A stretch of DNA of 63,823 nucleotides, filler included. It is 5 parts of 5 records of this genome, joined end to end, with 100 filler letters (N's around TTAATTAATTAA, not from the genome) between each part and the next. Parts side by side here need not be neighbours in the genome. Positions count along the whole stretch, not along the records: positions 20,633 to 40,062 come from DRR378314_1345; positions 40,163 to 47,928 come from DRR378314_1354; 3 more parts are not named here. The stretch is one strand, 5' to 3'. The notes beneath the pieces are model-generated. The model searched no databases. It saw only the letters and a list, made by a program, of their open reading frames with translations, and had not been told where the DNA came from. A program made the translations under genes and the position numbers. How positions within the stretch are numbered: the first letter of the stretch is position 1; every line of letters starts with the position of its first letter. Positions 34,930 through 46,360 of the stretch are shown here, piece by piece.

Positions 34930-35529
34930 TTACTTGGTTGAGCGCTCGGCAAAGAAGGTTGCAATGCGCGCTTTTGCGTAGTCCCACAAGGCGGGCGCGC
35001 CGATGGCGATTTTAGATCCGACGCGGTTGTGGATCTGTTGTTCGGTGACATCAAAATCGATCCAGCTGCCGCCACCTGATTGCAGGTTTTGCATCGGCGG
35101 CTGGAAACGGTCCAGCGATTTGGCAAATTGGGCTGAGGGCGATTCTGCCGCTTCGAATTCGTCCCAGATGGCACGGAAGCTGACACGCAGATCCTCCGGC
35201 AGCAGGCCAAAGATACGGTCGGCGGCGGCCTGTTCCTGCGCCTCAATTGCGGTGTGATCCAGATCTCCGAATATCGGATTGTCGCCTGCGTCAATCTCGA
35301 CCAGATCGTGCAGAATCAACATTTTGATGACCAGCGTGATGTCCACGTCAGGTCCGGCCTGATCCGCCAGCACCATCGCATAAAGCGTCAGGTGCCACGA
35401 ATGCTCGGCAGAATTTTCGTAACGCGAATTGTCGCAAAGCTCGGTGGCGCGGATGGTGCTTTTGAGCTTGTCTGCCTCGTTCAGGAACGCGATTTGTTGA
35501 TCCAGCCGCGTTCCCATTTCATTACTCAT
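34930..35529 (-). CDS. HD-domain phosphohydrolase (HD_3 type)
   Basis: DKLK...R...ENSAEHSWH...HDLVEIDAGD...LDRFQP; start may be 35517. Confidence 0.9.
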   Translation of the reverse strand: MSNEMGTRLDQQIAFLNEADKLKSTIRATELCDNSRYENSAEHSWHLTLYAMVLADQAGPDVDITLVIKMLILHDLVEIDAGDNPIFGDLDHTAIEAQEQAAADRIFGLLPEDLRVSFRAIWDEFEAAESPSAQFAKSLDRFQPPMQNLQSGGGSWIDFDVTEQQIHNRVGSKIAIGAPALWDYAKARIATFFAERSTK

Positions 35530-35764
35530 TCCCACCCGCCTGTGCACGGTGCGCCTGCAATGTCTGGGCCAGAAACTTGCGCCCCTGATCATTGGCCATC
35601 CGGGTACGGATCGCTGTCAGAAAGGCCTCTTCCAGAGTTTGGGAGGAGGCCCCCAGCACATCACCCATGCGCATGAACAGGCGGTCCTCGCCGGTCTCTG
35701 CCTGAACCGCAAGGCATTCTTCGGCCAGTTTGTTGGCCATTTCGATGACAACAGAGTCGGCCAT
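35522..35764 (-). CDS. Conserved small hypothetical protein
   Basis: 80-aa helical ORF overlapping both neighbours' start/stop codons; LGASSQTLEEAFLT motif. Confidence 0.75.
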   Translation of the reverse strand: MADSVVIEMANKLAEECLAVQAETGEDRLFMRMGDVLGASSQTLEEAFLTAIRTRMANDQGRKFLAQTLQAHRAQAGGNE

Positions 35765-36417
35765 CAGCGTGTTGTCTCCGTCAGGCGGCGCTTCACGTAA
35801 TCCGTGGTCGATGTGATCAGCGTGTCCATATGCGGCTCTTCAAAGAAGTGGCCGGCACCCGGCACTTCCTGATGGGTGATGGTGATGCCCTTTTGCTCAT
35901 GCAGTTTGTTCACCAGACTGACGGTATCGGCTGGCGGGGCGACACGATCCGCCGTGCCGTTGATCACCAGACCCGATGCAGGGCAGGGCGCAAGGAAGCT
36001 GAAGTCATACATGTTTGCAGGGGGTGAGACCGAGATAAAGCCGGTGATCTCGGGGCGGCGCATCAAAAGCTGCATGCCAATCCATGCACCGAAGGAGAAG
36101 CCAGCGACCCAACAATGTTTGGAATTGTTGTTCATTGACTGCAGGTAATCCAGTGCGGATGCCGCATCTGACAATTCACCGATGCCCTGATCATATTCGC
36201 CCTGCGACCGGCCCACGCCCCGGAAGTTGAACCGCAAAACGGTGAACCCCATGTTATAAAATGCGTAATGCATATTATAGACGACTTTGTGGTTCATCGT
36301 CCCGCCAAATTGTGGATGCGGATGCAGGATGATGGCAATCGGGGCATCACGTTCTTTTTGGGGGTGGTAGCGGCCTTCAAGGCGGCCTTCCGGTCCGGGG
36401 AAAATGACCTCTGGCAT
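35764..36417 (-). CDS. Alpha/beta hydrolase
   Basis: MPEVIFPGPEGRLEG, HPHPQFGGTM, RFNFRGVGRS, GFSFG nucleophile elbow, AGHFF. Confidence 0.93.
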   Translation of the reverse strand: MPEVIFPGPEGRLEGRYHPQKERDAPIAIILHPHPQFGGTMNHKVVYNMHYAFYNMGFTVLRFNFRGVGRSQGEYDQGIGELSDAASALDYLQSMNNNSKHCWVAGFSFGAWIGMQLLMRRPEITGFISVSPPANMYDFSFLAPCPASGLVINGTADRVAPPADTVSLVNKLHEQKGITITHQEVPGAGHFFEEPHMDTLITSTTDYVKRRLTETTR

Positions 36418-36467
36418 GAAAGTTCCTGTCTGGTTGTCCAAAGTGGTGTTAGAGGGTGTCGCGAATT

Positions 36468-36486
36468 GTTGACGACTTCGCTCGAC
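36468..36486 (+). promoter_or_regulatory. Candidate IscR operator overlapping a TTGAC -35
   Basis: Imperfect 19-bp palindrome GTTGAC-gacttcg-CTCGAC upstream of the Rrf2 gene. Confidence 0.45.
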
Positions 36487-36489
36487 TAC

Positions 36490-36506
36490 TTTAGAACGGT
36501 TCTAAT
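36490..36506 (+). promoter_or_regulatory. Irr iron control element (ICE)
   Basis: TTTAGAA-cgg-TTCTAAT versus consensus TTTAGAA-N3-TTCTAAA, upstream of the Fe-S operon. Confidence 0.8.
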
Positions 36507-36597
36507 CTGGTGGTCCGCATAAGAGGCGGCCCGGGCTTTTCGTTTAGGCGCAACAGCGGCCCGCGTCAATGAACGCGGCAGCAATCAAGGGACGGGT

Positions 36598-37062
36598 GTG
36601 ATGAAGCTTTCAACCAAAGGCCGCTACGCGATGGTGGCACTGGCGGATATTGCGTTGCAGCGGGATGACAGTTTGGTCTCTCTGGGGGACATTGCCGAAC
36701 GCCAGTCGATTTCATTGCCCTATCTGGAGCAATTGTTTGTGAAGCTGCGCCGTGCCGAGCTGGTGTCTTCGGTGCGTGGTCCGGGTGGCGGCTATCGTCT
36801 GTCACGTCCGGCGTCTGAAATCCGGGTGGTGGATATATTGTCGGCGGTCGATGAAACCGTGGATGCCATGCACAAGGGGGCAGGGGTATCGGGTGGCGCG
36901 TCAGGCAGTCGTGCGCAATCCCTGACCAACCGGTTATGGGAAGGGTTGAGCGCCCATGTTTATGTTTTCCTGCACCAGACGCGGTTGTCAGATGTGATTG
37001 AGAACGAACTGGCCCCCTGTCCTGCGGTGCCTACCTTGTTTGACGTTGTGGATGAGGCGTGA
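36598..37062 (+). CDS. iscR: Rrf2-family regulator (Rhodobacterales IscR)
   Basis: MKLSTKGRYAM...YLEQLFVKLRRA...SVRGPGGGY; first gene of iscS-sufB operon; lacks the three-Cys motif of E. coli IscR. Confidence 0.88.
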   Translation: MMKLSTKGRYAMVALADIALQRDDSLVSLGDIAERQSISLPYLEQLFVKLRRAELVSSVRGPGGGYRLSRPASEIRVVDILSAVDETVDAMHKGAGVSGGASGSRAQSLTNRLWEGLSAHVYVFLHQTRLSDVIENELAPCPAVPTLFDVVDEA

Positions 37063-37109
37063 GGTTTGATCCGATAGACGCGCAGAGCGCGACGCGATTT
37101 TATTTTTGT

Positions 37110-37152
37110 TGGGGCGCTGCCCCAAACCCCGGAGGTTAAGGGCAAGATGAAG
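37110..37152 (-). repeat. Short palindromic repeat element overlapping the cysteine desulfurase start
   Basis: TGGGGC-gct-GCCCCA hairpin followed by AACCCCGGAGGTTAAGGGCAAGATGAAG. Confidence 0.5.
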
Positions 37153-38247
37153 GCCGAACGGTGTTATCTGGATCACAATGCGACGACTCCCTTGAGGGAG
37201 GAAGCGCGCGCGGCGATGATCGCGGCAATGGATGTTCTGGGCAACCCTTCCTCTGTGCATCGCGAGGGGCGCAAGGCCAAGATGCTGGTAGAAAAGGCCC
37301 GTGCGCAGGTGGCTGCACTGGTCGGATGTTTGCCGGCGCAGGTGGTTTTTACCAGTAGCGCAACGGAGGCGGCGGCGCTGGCGGTGGCGCAGAAGGCGCG
37401 GCATGGGGGCATTTTTGCGGCCTTGCCGACAGAGCATGATTGTCTGGGCGTGTGGAGTGAGGGAGCGCTGCCGGGGTGGTATGACCGGCAAGGTCGGTAT
37501 CAGCCGCAGCCGGAAGCGGATGTGCGTTTGCTGGCGCTTTCTGCGGCCAATAGCGAGACCGGCGTGATGCCGCCGTCGGGGTTTCTGAAGCAGATGGATG
37601 CCCAGCATGTGATCTGTGACATCACACAGGTGGCAGGCAAGATCGCAGTTGCCTTTGAAGCGGGGCACCGGCCTGCCTATGCAATCCTGTCAGCCCATAA
37701 GATGGGGGGACCAAAGGGAATTGGCGCTATGATCAATTTCACCCATGATGATCCCGAGCCCCTGTTGCGTGGCGGCGGGCAGGAGATGAACCGGCGTTCT
37801 GGTACGGAAAACATCACCGGCATTGCCGGGTTTGGGGCGGCGGCTGAGGCGGCAGCCCGAGATCTGGCCGCGGGGCGCTGGGAAGAAATTGAAGAACTTA
37901 GAAACATTCTAGAAAACGCTCTTGCGACTTCCGCAAAGAAGACTATTTTTGTCGGAAATCAAATGCCCCGTTTGCCCAATACTTCTTGCATCATTGCGGA
38001 AGGCTGGAAAGGCGAGACGCAGGTGATGCAGATGGATCTTGCTGGATTTGCCATTTCGGCGGGGTCGGCCTGTTCCAGCGGCAAGGTCAAGGCCAGCAAG
38101 GTGTTGCAGGCCATGGGCTATAATGAGAGTGAAGCCGCAAGCGCCATTCGGGTGTCCTTGGGGCTGGAGACAACAAAGACGGACGTTTTGCGTTTTGCCG
38201 ATGAATGGCTTGCAAAACGCGACAAACATGCACAACGGGCGGCCTGA
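37147..38247 (+). CDS. iscS: Cysteine desulfurase (IscS/NifS family)
   Basis: [32 protein letters not shown] (PLP Lys), [14 protein letters not shown]. Confidence 0.92.
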   Translation: MKAERCYLDHNATTPLREEARAAMIAAMDVLGNPSSVHREGRKAKMLVEKARAQVAALVGCLPAQVVFTSSATEAAALAVAQKARHGGIFAALPTEHDCLGVWSEGALPGWYDRQGRYQPQPEADVRLLALSAANSETGVMPPSGFLKQMDAQHVICDITQVAGKIAVAFEAGHRPAYAILSAHKMGGPKGIGAMINFTHDDPEPLLRGGGQEMNRRSGTENITGIAGFGAAAEAAARDLAAGRWEEIEELRNILENALATSAKKTIFVGNQMPRLPNTSCIIAEGWKGETQVMQMDLAGFAISAGSACSSGKVKASKVLQAMGYNESEAASAIRVSLGLETTKTDVLRFADEWLAKRDKHAQRAA

Positions 38248-38275
38248 GGCGGCCCACGGGAAAAGGACAGATATC

Positions 38276-39808
<1,533 letters not shown>

Positions 39809-39865
39809 GGCAACGAGCGGCGGCTGGACAGCGGTCCGGCGCTTCTCATCCAGGGAGCATGACCG

Positions 39866-40033
39866 GTGAGCATCGATGCTACAGCAATCGCCTGGTACGC
39901 CGTGATCTGCGGCGTGTTGTCAGCGCTGGCGCCGAGTTTCGGTGGAAGGCTGGTGCGGGTTCTGATTGGCGGAGTGGTCGGCATTCTTGCCGCCACGGTG
40001 CTTCCGGTGATCCGGGGATTGACTGGGCTGTGA
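39866..40033 (+). CDS. Small two-helix membrane protein (55 aa; below the ORF-track cutoff)
   Basis: GTG start after GGGAG; MSIDATAIAWYAVICGVLSALAPSFGGRLVRVLIGGVVGILAATVLPVIRGLTGL. Confidence 0.7.
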   Translation: MSIDATAIAWYAVICGVLSALAPSFGGRLVRVLIGGVVGILAATVLPVIRGLTGL

Positions 40034-40062
40034 CACGAACAGCCTGACCTGATGGTGCAAAT

Positions 40063-40162
40063 NNNNNNNNNNNNNNNNNNNNNNNNNNNNNNNNNNNNNN
40101 NNNNNNTTAATTAATTAANNNNNNNNNNNNNNNNNNNNNNNNNNNNNNNNNNNNNNNNNNNN
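40063..40162. other. Artificial contig linker
   Basis: 44N-TTAATTAATTAA-44N. Confidence 0.98.
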
Positions 40163-40197
40163 AAAGGTTGCCCCGCAGGATCCCGGAGCCCTCTCTA

Positions 40198-41295
40198 TTA
40201 CTCCTTACTCCCTTCCACTTCCCCCGCCGGCAACCGCCACGCATCACTGCGCTTGGGCCACGCATTGATCACCGCCTTCAGCAAGGTCGCCAGCGGAATC
40301 GCGAAGAAAATCCCCCAGAAGCCCCACACGCCGCCGAAGAACAGGATCGCGGTGATGATCGCCACCGGGTGCAGATTGACCGCCTCGGAGAACAGCAGGG
40401 GCACCAGGATGTTGCCGTCAATGAACTGAATCACCCCGTAGATCACCATCACCAGCGCGAAGTCGCCGCCCCAGCCGAACTGCAGGTAGGCCACCGCCGC
40501 CACCGGCACGGTGACGATGGTGGCGCCGATATAGGGAATCAGCACCGACAGCCCCACCAGCACCGCCAGCAGCACCGCGTAGTTCAGGCCCAGCAGCAGG
40601 AACGCCAGGAAGGTCACCGACCCCACCAGCAGAATTTCCACCGCCTTGCCGCGCACATAGTTGGCGATCTGCTGATCCATTTCCTGCCACACGTGGGAGA
40701 GAATACGCCGCCGCTCCGGCAGAAAGCCCAGCACCCAGCCCACCAGCTTCTCGCGGTCCTTGAGGAAGAAGAACACCAGCAGCGGCAGCAGCACCAGGAA
40801 CACCAGGATTTCCAGCATGTTGGGAATCGAGGACAGCGACAGGGTGAGCACCGACTGACCCAGCTGGGCCAGCTCCCGCTGGGCGATGGTGACCAGGGTG
40901 TTCACCTGCTCCATGGAGATCATTTCCGGATAGCGCTCCGGCAGGCTGCGCAGCCAGGTCTCGGTGGTGCGCAGAATATCCGGCAGCTGGTCGCGCACCA
41001 GCAGCACGGTCTGGCGCCACAGCAGCGGCATCAGCACCACCAGCACCGCCACCAGGGCGGTCAGGAACACCAGGAACACCAGATTCACGGAAAGCACCGG
41101 CGGCACCCGGTAACGGTTCAGGGCGGTGACCAGCCCCTGCATCAGGTAGGCCACCACCAGCGCCGCCAGCACCGGCGCCAGAATGCCGCCGAACAACAGC
41201 ACCACGGCGAAGCCCGCCAGCAACAGAAACAGCAGGTACACCGCCTCCTCGTCGGAGAACCAGGCATTGAACCAGCCTTTAAGCACATTCAGCAT
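40198..41295 (-). CDS. perM: AI-2E family transporter (PerM-like)
   Basis: FSDEEA, ANYVRGK, VLIPYIGA, DGNILVPLLFSEAVNLHP; next to bepA as in other gammaproteobacteria. Confidence 0.88.
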   Translation of the reverse strand: MLNVLKGWFNAWFSDEEAVYLLFLLLAGFAVVLLFGGILAPVLAALVVAYLMQGLVTALNRYRVPPVLSVNLVFLVFLTALVAVLVVLMPLLWRQTVLLVRDQLPDILRTTETWLRSLPERYPEMISMEQVNTLVTIAQRELAQLGQSVLTLSLSSIPNMLEILVFLVLLPLLVFFFLKDREKLVGWVLGFLPERRRILSHVWQEMDQQIANYVRGKAVEILLVGSVTFLAFLLLGLNYAVLLAVLVGLSVLIPYIGATIVTVPVAAVAYLQFGWGGDFALVMVIYGVIQFIDGNILVPLLFSEAVNLHPVAIITAILFFGGVWGFWGIFFAIPLATLLKAVINAWPKRSDAWRLPAGEVEGSKE

Positions 41296-41310
41296 CGGAG
41301 AACCTCGGGC

Positions 41311-41538
41311 CTAGTCGCCACAACGAATGAGAAAGCGGAATTCCCGCTCGTCCTGCTCGTGGCGAACCAGCTCATGGGAAGACTGTCGAAGATATTCAGG
41401 GATGTCCCGGGCCGACCCGGCGTCGGTGGCCGTCACTTCCAGCAAGGCACCGGCCTGCAGGGCGCGCAACGCCTGCCGGGTCTTGAGCAGCGGCAGCGGG
41501 CAATTCAGACCGCGGGCATCCAGATATTTGATATCCAT
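41311..41538 (-). CDS. TusA/SirA-family sulfur carrier
   Basis: LDARGLNCPLPLLK...ATDAGSARDI. Confidence 0.9.
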   Translation of the reverse strand: MDIKYLDARGLNCPLPLLKTRQALRALQAGALLEVTATDAGSARDIPEYLRQSSHELVRHEQDEREFRFLIRCGD

Positions 41539-41656
41539 GGTGTGATCCGTTCGCAGGGGCGGTCATTATAGGGCACATGACGGCATTATCAGAGACACCT
41601 CGTCGCGACAGAATCATGGTGACACGAAAAATGCGGATCGCTAAGGAGAGTCCATT

Positions 41657-43093
41657 TTGATCGCTGCCGCGCGCTTCGCTCTTGTGGCCTTGCTGTGCCT
41701 GGGCGCGGGCCTGGGCCAGGCCCAACAACAGGATCTGCCGGAACTGGGCGACCCCACCGTGGCGATCATTTCCGCCGAGCAGGAGTACCGGCTCGGGCGC
41801 GGTTGGCTGCGCGACCTGCGGGGCCAGACGTCGATCATGGAAGACCCGCTGGTCCAGGAATACGCGGAACATCTGGTCTACCGGCTGGCGTCCTTCAGCG
41901 AGCTGAACGAACCGGACCTGGCGATCGTGGTGATCAACAGCGCCGCCATCAACGCCTTCGCCGTGCCCGGCGGGGTAATCGGCCTGAACGCCGGCCTGTT
42001 TCTGAACGCCGCCAGCGAGGACGAGGTGGCCAGCGTGGTCGCCCACGAAATCGCCCACGTCAGCCAGCGGCACTTCACACGCCGCTACATGGACTCGAAA
42101 CGGCGCGGCCCGGCGGTGCTGGCCGCCATGCTGGCGAGCATCGCCCTGGCCATCGCCGGCAGCGGCGACGCCGGCATGGCGGGCATCGCCGCCACCCAGG
42201 CGGCGTCGATCCAGGCGCAACTGGCCTACTCCCGCCACAACGAATACGAGGCGGACCGGGTGGGCATGCAGATTCTCGCCGCCGCCGGCATGGACCCCAG
42301 CGCCATGCCGCGCTTCTTTGAGCGCATGCTGGAGCAGCAGCGCTATTCCGGCGACCCGCCGGAGTTTCTGCTCACCCACCCGCTCACCGCCGAGCGGGTC
42401 GCCGACTCCCGCGCCCGGGCGCGCTCGCTGAGCGCGCCGCCGGCCAATCCGTCAGCGTCCTTCGAGCTGGTGCGCGCGCGCATCCAGGCCCGTTACTTCG
42501 ACGGCCAGGAACGGGCCCGGGATTACTTCGGGCGGCGCCTGGAGAGCAACGACCGCGTTCAGAAGCAGGCGGCGCGCTACGGGCTCGCCCTCACCGACCT
42601 GAAAGAGGACCGCTACGACGCGGCGCGCCGCGCGCTCACCGAGCTGGTGGAGGCGCACCCGGACCAGATCTGGTTCCAGCTGGGTCTGATGGAAGTGGAT
42701 ATGGATCAGGGCCGCTACGCCGACGTGATCGAGCGCGGCAAGGAGGTGCTCACCATCAATCCCAAGGACTACGCCGCCTCGGTGATGACCGCCCGCGCCT
42801 ACCTGCTGAGCAAAAAGCCGGAACAGGCGGCGCCGCTGCTGGAGCCGCTGCTGCTGCAGCGCCCTAACGACCCGATGCTGTGGTCGCTGGCCGCCGACGC
42901 CTGGGGCAACAGCGACCAGAACGCCCGCGCCCACCGGGCCCGGGCGGAAGTGCTGTTTCTTCGCGGTCAGGATCAGGCCGCCCTGCGGCAGATGCGTTTC
43001 GCCCTGGATGAGGCCGACGGCCAGTTCGCCCTGCGCAGCAAACTGAGCGCACGCATGAGCGAAATGGAGCGGCTGTCCTCGGAGGAATTCTAG
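41657..43093 (+). CDS. bepA: M48 metalloprotease/chaperone BepA (YfgC) with TPR C-terminus
   Basis: Signal peptide, LPELG, INAFAVPGG, AHEIAH, YSRHNEYEADRVG, PPEFLLTHP. Confidence 0.9.
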   Translation: MIAAARFALVALLCLGAGLGQAQQQDLPELGDPTVAIISAEQEYRLGRGWLRDLRGQTSIMEDPLVQEYAEHLVYRLASFSELNEPDLAIVVINSAAINAFAVPGGVIGLNAGLFLNAASEDEVASVVAHEIAHVSQRHFTRRYMDSKRRGPAVLAAMLASIALAIAGSGDAGMAGIAATQAASIQAQLAYSRHNEYEADRVGMQILAAAGMDPSAMPRFFERMLEQQRYSGDPPEFLLTHPLTAERVADSRARARSLSAPPANPSASFELVRARIQARYFDGQERARDYFGRRLESNDRVQKQAARYGLALTDLKEDRYDAARRALTELVEAHPDQIWFQLGLMEVDMDQGRYADVIERGKEVLTINPKDYAASVMTARAYLLSKKPEQAAPLLEPLLLQRPNDPMLWSLAADAWGNSDQNARAHRARAEVLFLRGQDQAALRQMRFALDEADGQFALRSKLSARMSEMERLSSEEF

Positions 43094-43114
43094 GGGCGCC
43101 CGGAACGGCGCCCC
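43093..43114. terminator. GC hairpin between convergent bepA and nadA
   Basis: GGGGCGCC-cggaac-GGCGCCCC; no clear U-tract. Confidence 0.5.
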
Positions 43115-43120
43115 GATGGA

Positions 43121-44170
43121 TCAGGGTTTAAGGCGGGCGCCGAACTCGAGCATGCGGTCCAGCGGCTTCATGGCCTTGGCCGCCAGGGTCGGGTCGACGA
43201 AGATTTCCTGGCCGCAGCCGTTGTCGTCTTCCAGCACCGCCAGGGTGTTTTCCAGGCCGTTCATGGCCATCCACGGGCAGTGGGCGCAGCTGCGGCACGC
43301 CGCGCCGCTGCCGGCGGTGGGCGCTTCCACGAAGGTCTTGTGCGGCGCCAGCTGCTGCATCTTGTAGAAGATGCCCTTGTCGGTGGCGACGATAAAGGTC
43401 TGGTTGTCCATCTCCTGGGCGGCCTTGATCAGCTGCGACGTGGAGCCGACCACATCCGCCATTTCCACCACCGACGACGGGGACTCCGGGTGCACCAGCA
43501 CCGCCGAGCCCGGATAAGCCGCCTTCAGATCTTCCAGACCCTGGGCCTTGAACTCTTCGTGGACGATGCAGGCGCCGTCCCAGCACAGCACGTCGGCACC
43601 GGTTTTACTGCGCACATAATTGCCCAGGTGCTTGTCCGGCGCCCACAGAATTTTCTCGTTGCGCTGATCCAGGTATTCGATCAGTTCCACCGCGATGGAG
43701 GACGTCACCACCCAGTCGGCGCGCGCCTTCACCGCCGCCGAGGTGTTGGCGTACACCACCACGGTGCGGTCCGGATGCTGATCGCAGAACGCCGCGAACT
43801 CGTCTTCCGGGCAGCCGATGTCCAGGGAACAGGTGGCTTCCAGGGTCGGCATGAAGACCCGCTTTTCCGGGCTCAGAATCTTGGCGGTCTCGCCCATGAA
43901 GCGCACGCCGGCCACGATCAGGGTGCTGGCCGGGTGGTCGCGGCCGAAGCGCGCCATTTCCAGGGAATCGGCCACGCAACCGCCGGTCTCCTCGGCCAGG
44001 GCCTGGATCTCGGGGTCGGTGTAATAGTGGGCCACCATCACGGCGTCACGGGCCTGTAACCGTTCTTTAATGCGCTGACGGTACAGTGAACGCTGATCGT
44101 CGGTGAGTTCGGTCTGCTCGTTAGCGCCCGCCAAATGGGCGCGCACGATCTCTTGGGCCTGTGCTGTCAT
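43121..44170 (-). CDS. nadA: Quinolinate synthase A
   Basis: [46 protein letters not shown]. Confidence 0.97.
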   Translation of the reverse strand: MTAQAQEIVRAHLAGANEQTELTDDQRSLYRQRIKERLQARDAVMVAHYYTDPEIQALAEETGGCVADSLEMARFGRDHPASTLIVAGVRFMGETAKILSPEKRVFMPTLEATCSLDIGCPEDEFAAFCDQHPDRTVVVYANTSAAVKARADWVVTSSIAVELIEYLDQRNEKILWAPDKHLGNYVRSKTGADVLCWDGACIVHEEFKAQGLEDLKAAYPGSAVLVHPESPSSVVEMADVVGSTSQLIKAAQEMDNQTFIVATDKGIFYKMQQLAPHKTFVEAPTAGSGAACRSCAHCPWMAMNGLENTLAVLEDDNGCGQEIFVDPTLAAKAMKPLDRMLEFGARLKP

Positions 44171-44316
44171 ACGGCATCACCACCCCAGGGTAAGGGGACT
44201 ATCAATCGCTTGAGGCACCTGCTGTCCAGGATACCACTTTGGTCTCGGTGTCGGGATCATACCATATTGGTCTTAGCAGGACGCTGACCATGACCAAAAG
44301 CGACAGCCTCATCGTC

Positions 44317-45591
44317 TTATATGGACGCCGCGCCGCCCGGATTCAAGCCCTCGCCACCCCGGTAATCCGGGCCGGCGGCGAGCAGATGCACGGTGCTGAT
44401 GGCCCGCTCCATGAAGGCGCCCTGGCAGTAACATAGGTAGTAATCCCACATTCTGCAGAAGCGTTCGTCGAAGCCCAGTTCACGGATGCGCGGCAGCGCG
44501 CTGATAAATCGGGCCCGCCAATCCTCGATGGTTTTGCCGTAATGGGCGCCGATGTCTTCCAGCCCCACCGGCATCAGCCTGGTGTTCTTGCGCAGCGCCT
44601 GGCACATCACCGTCACTGACGGCAAAAAGCCGCCGGGGAAGATGTAGCGCTTGATGAAGTCCACGTTGTCGCGGGCGTATTCGTAGCGCTGGTCCGGCAC
44701 CGTGATCGCCTGCAGCAGCAGCAGCCCTTCCGGCTTGAGGCGCTGGTTGAGCACGCGGAAGTATTCGTCCAGGAACTGGTGGCCCACCGCCTCGATCATT
44801 TCCACGGAAACGATGCGGTCGTAGCGGCCCTGCAGCTCCCGGTAATCCTGCTCGAGCACCTGGATACGGTCGGACAGGCCGGCTTCGCGGACCTGTTCGC
44901 GGGCGAACCGGGCCTGCTCCCGGGAGATGGTGGTGGTGGTCACGCGCACCCCGTAGTGGCGGGCGGCGTGCAGCGCCAGACCGCCCCAGCCGGTGCCGAT
45001 TTCCAGCACTTCCATGCCCGGAGCCAGGCGCAGGCGCTGGCAGATCAGATCCAGCTTGTGGGTGGCGGCGGTTTCCAGGTCGGCTTCCGGGCTCGGATAG
45101 ATGGCGCTGGAATACATCATGTGCCGGTCCAGGAACAGGGCAAAGAAATCATTACCCAGGTCGTAGTGGGCGGCAATATTGCGGCGCGATCCGTTCAGGG
45201 AGTTGCGGTTCATGGCGTGCAGGGCCTTGAGCGCCGGCTTGGCCAGCCAGGCGGCGGCGCCTTCCAGCGCCCGCATGGCGTCCACGTTGGCCGCGAAGAA
45301 GCGCACCACCGCGACCAGGTCCGGGCTGTCCCAGGCGCCGTCCATATAGGCTTCGGCGGCGCCCAGGGCGCCCCCGGTCATCATCTGCCGGTAGCTGTCC
45401 CAATCATGGATACGGATCTCGGCGGCGCCTTCGGCCGCCGTGTCGCCAATGGACACGGTCTCGCCGTCGGGCTCATGCAACACCACGCCGCCCTTGGGCA
45501 TCTTCGCCAAGTGTCCCTGCACCAGCCGTCGGGCCAGACTTTGCGCCCAGGACGGGCGCTGACCCACCAGCGCCTTATCACCGTCCATCAT
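44317..45591 (-). CDS. Cfa/UfaM-family SAM-dependent fatty-acyl methyltransferase
   Basis: NIAAHYDLGNDFF, MMYSSA, LEIGTGWGG, SVEMIEAVG, YIFPGG. Confidence 0.93.
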   Translation of the reverse strand: MMDGDKALVGQRPSWAQSLARRLVQGHLAKMPKGGVVLHEPDGETVSIGDTAAEGAAEIRIHDWDSYRQMMTGGALGAAEAYMDGAWDSPDLVAVVRFFAANVDAMRALEGAAAWLAKPALKALHAMNRNSLNGSRRNIAAHYDLGNDFFALFLDRHMMYSSAIYPSPEADLETAATHKLDLICQRLRLAPGMEVLEIGTGWGGLALHAARHYGVRVTTTTISREQARFAREQVREAGLSDRIQVLEQDYRELQGRYDRIVSVEMIEAVGHQFLDEYFRVLNQRLKPEGLLLLQAITVPDQRYEYARDNVDFIKRYIFPGGFLPSVTVMCQALRKNTRLMPVGLEDIGAHYGKTIEDWRARFISALPRIRELGFDERFCRMWDYYLCYCQGAFMERAISTVHLLAAGPDYRGGEGLNPGGAASI

Positions 45592-46360
45592 GAGTGTTCT
45601 CCCCATTACCTTGCTTATCTTTACCCGGGTGGGCGTGGAACCGGGCGCCCTTGCGCCAAAGCTTCCAGGCCTGCCAATAGATGCCCGCCACTGTTTTCAC
45701 GCTCTGTGCGCCGAAGCGGCGTATCACCCGCGCCATGGCGGGCGCGTCGGCCTCCGCCATGTGCATTTTCAGGCCGGCGGCGAAAACCAGCTGGTCGCCG
45801 TCCCGGTCCTCCAACGTTAGGCGCAGATCGGGAAATAAGGCGTGAAGATGCCAGTGATAGCGCAGCCCCAGCGGCAGGAAGGGCGACACATGGAAGGTCT
45901 TTTCATGCGCCACCGTTTGCGGCCCCGGCCCCTGGCTCAGGGTCAGGGCGTAGATATGGCGTTCATGCCAGGGGGTGTTGCGCACCTCGGCCAGCATCGA
46001 CGCCGGCCGTTCGGCGCCGTCCGGAAAGTGGAAGTACAGCACCAGGGGGTTGAACAGCATGCCGAAGGTGCGCCACTGGCCGAGCATGAACACCCGGCCG
46101 GCGCGCCAGTCCAGGCCGGCCTCGGCGGCCCGGTCGCGCACCTTGTCACCCAGCGGCCGGCGGTCGGCGTCGATGAAGTCCCGGTCGCGGAACGTCACCG
46201 GACGCCAGCGGCGGCCCCACAAACGCTGGCGGGCCAGCATCCGGTCCGGCGTGTCCACATCGCACCACACCAGCCACAGCGGATAGCGGAAGGCGTGCCG
46301 CATGGGGGTATGGCGCTGATGCCACACCTGGCCGGTGGCGAGCGCGAAGCGGGGAATCAC
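45578..46360 (-). CDS. DUF1365 family protein (UfaO-like)
   Basis: HQRHTPMRHAFRY, FNPL, AEVRNTPWHERHIY, KTFHVSPF, IYWQAWKLWRKG; GTGA start/stop overlap with the upstream gene. Confidence 0.9.
   Translation of the reverse strand: MIPRFALATGQVWHQRHTPMRHAFRYPLWLVWCDVDTPDRMLARQRLWGRRWRPVTFRDRDFIDADRRPLGDKVRDRAAEAGLDWRAGRVFMLGQWRTFGMLFNPLVLYFHFPDGAERPASMLAEVRNTPWHERHIYALTLSQGPGPQTVAHEKTFHVSPFLPLGLRYHWHLHALFPDLRLTLEDRDGDQLVFAAGLKMHMAEADAPAMARVIRRFGAQSVKTVAGIYWQAWKLWRKGARFHAHPGKDKQGNGENTHDGR

Noticed and set aside
38039-38275. N-terminal extension of SufB overlapping iscS
   Set aside because: Not SufB-like; an RBS and TTG at 38276 give a normal-length protein.
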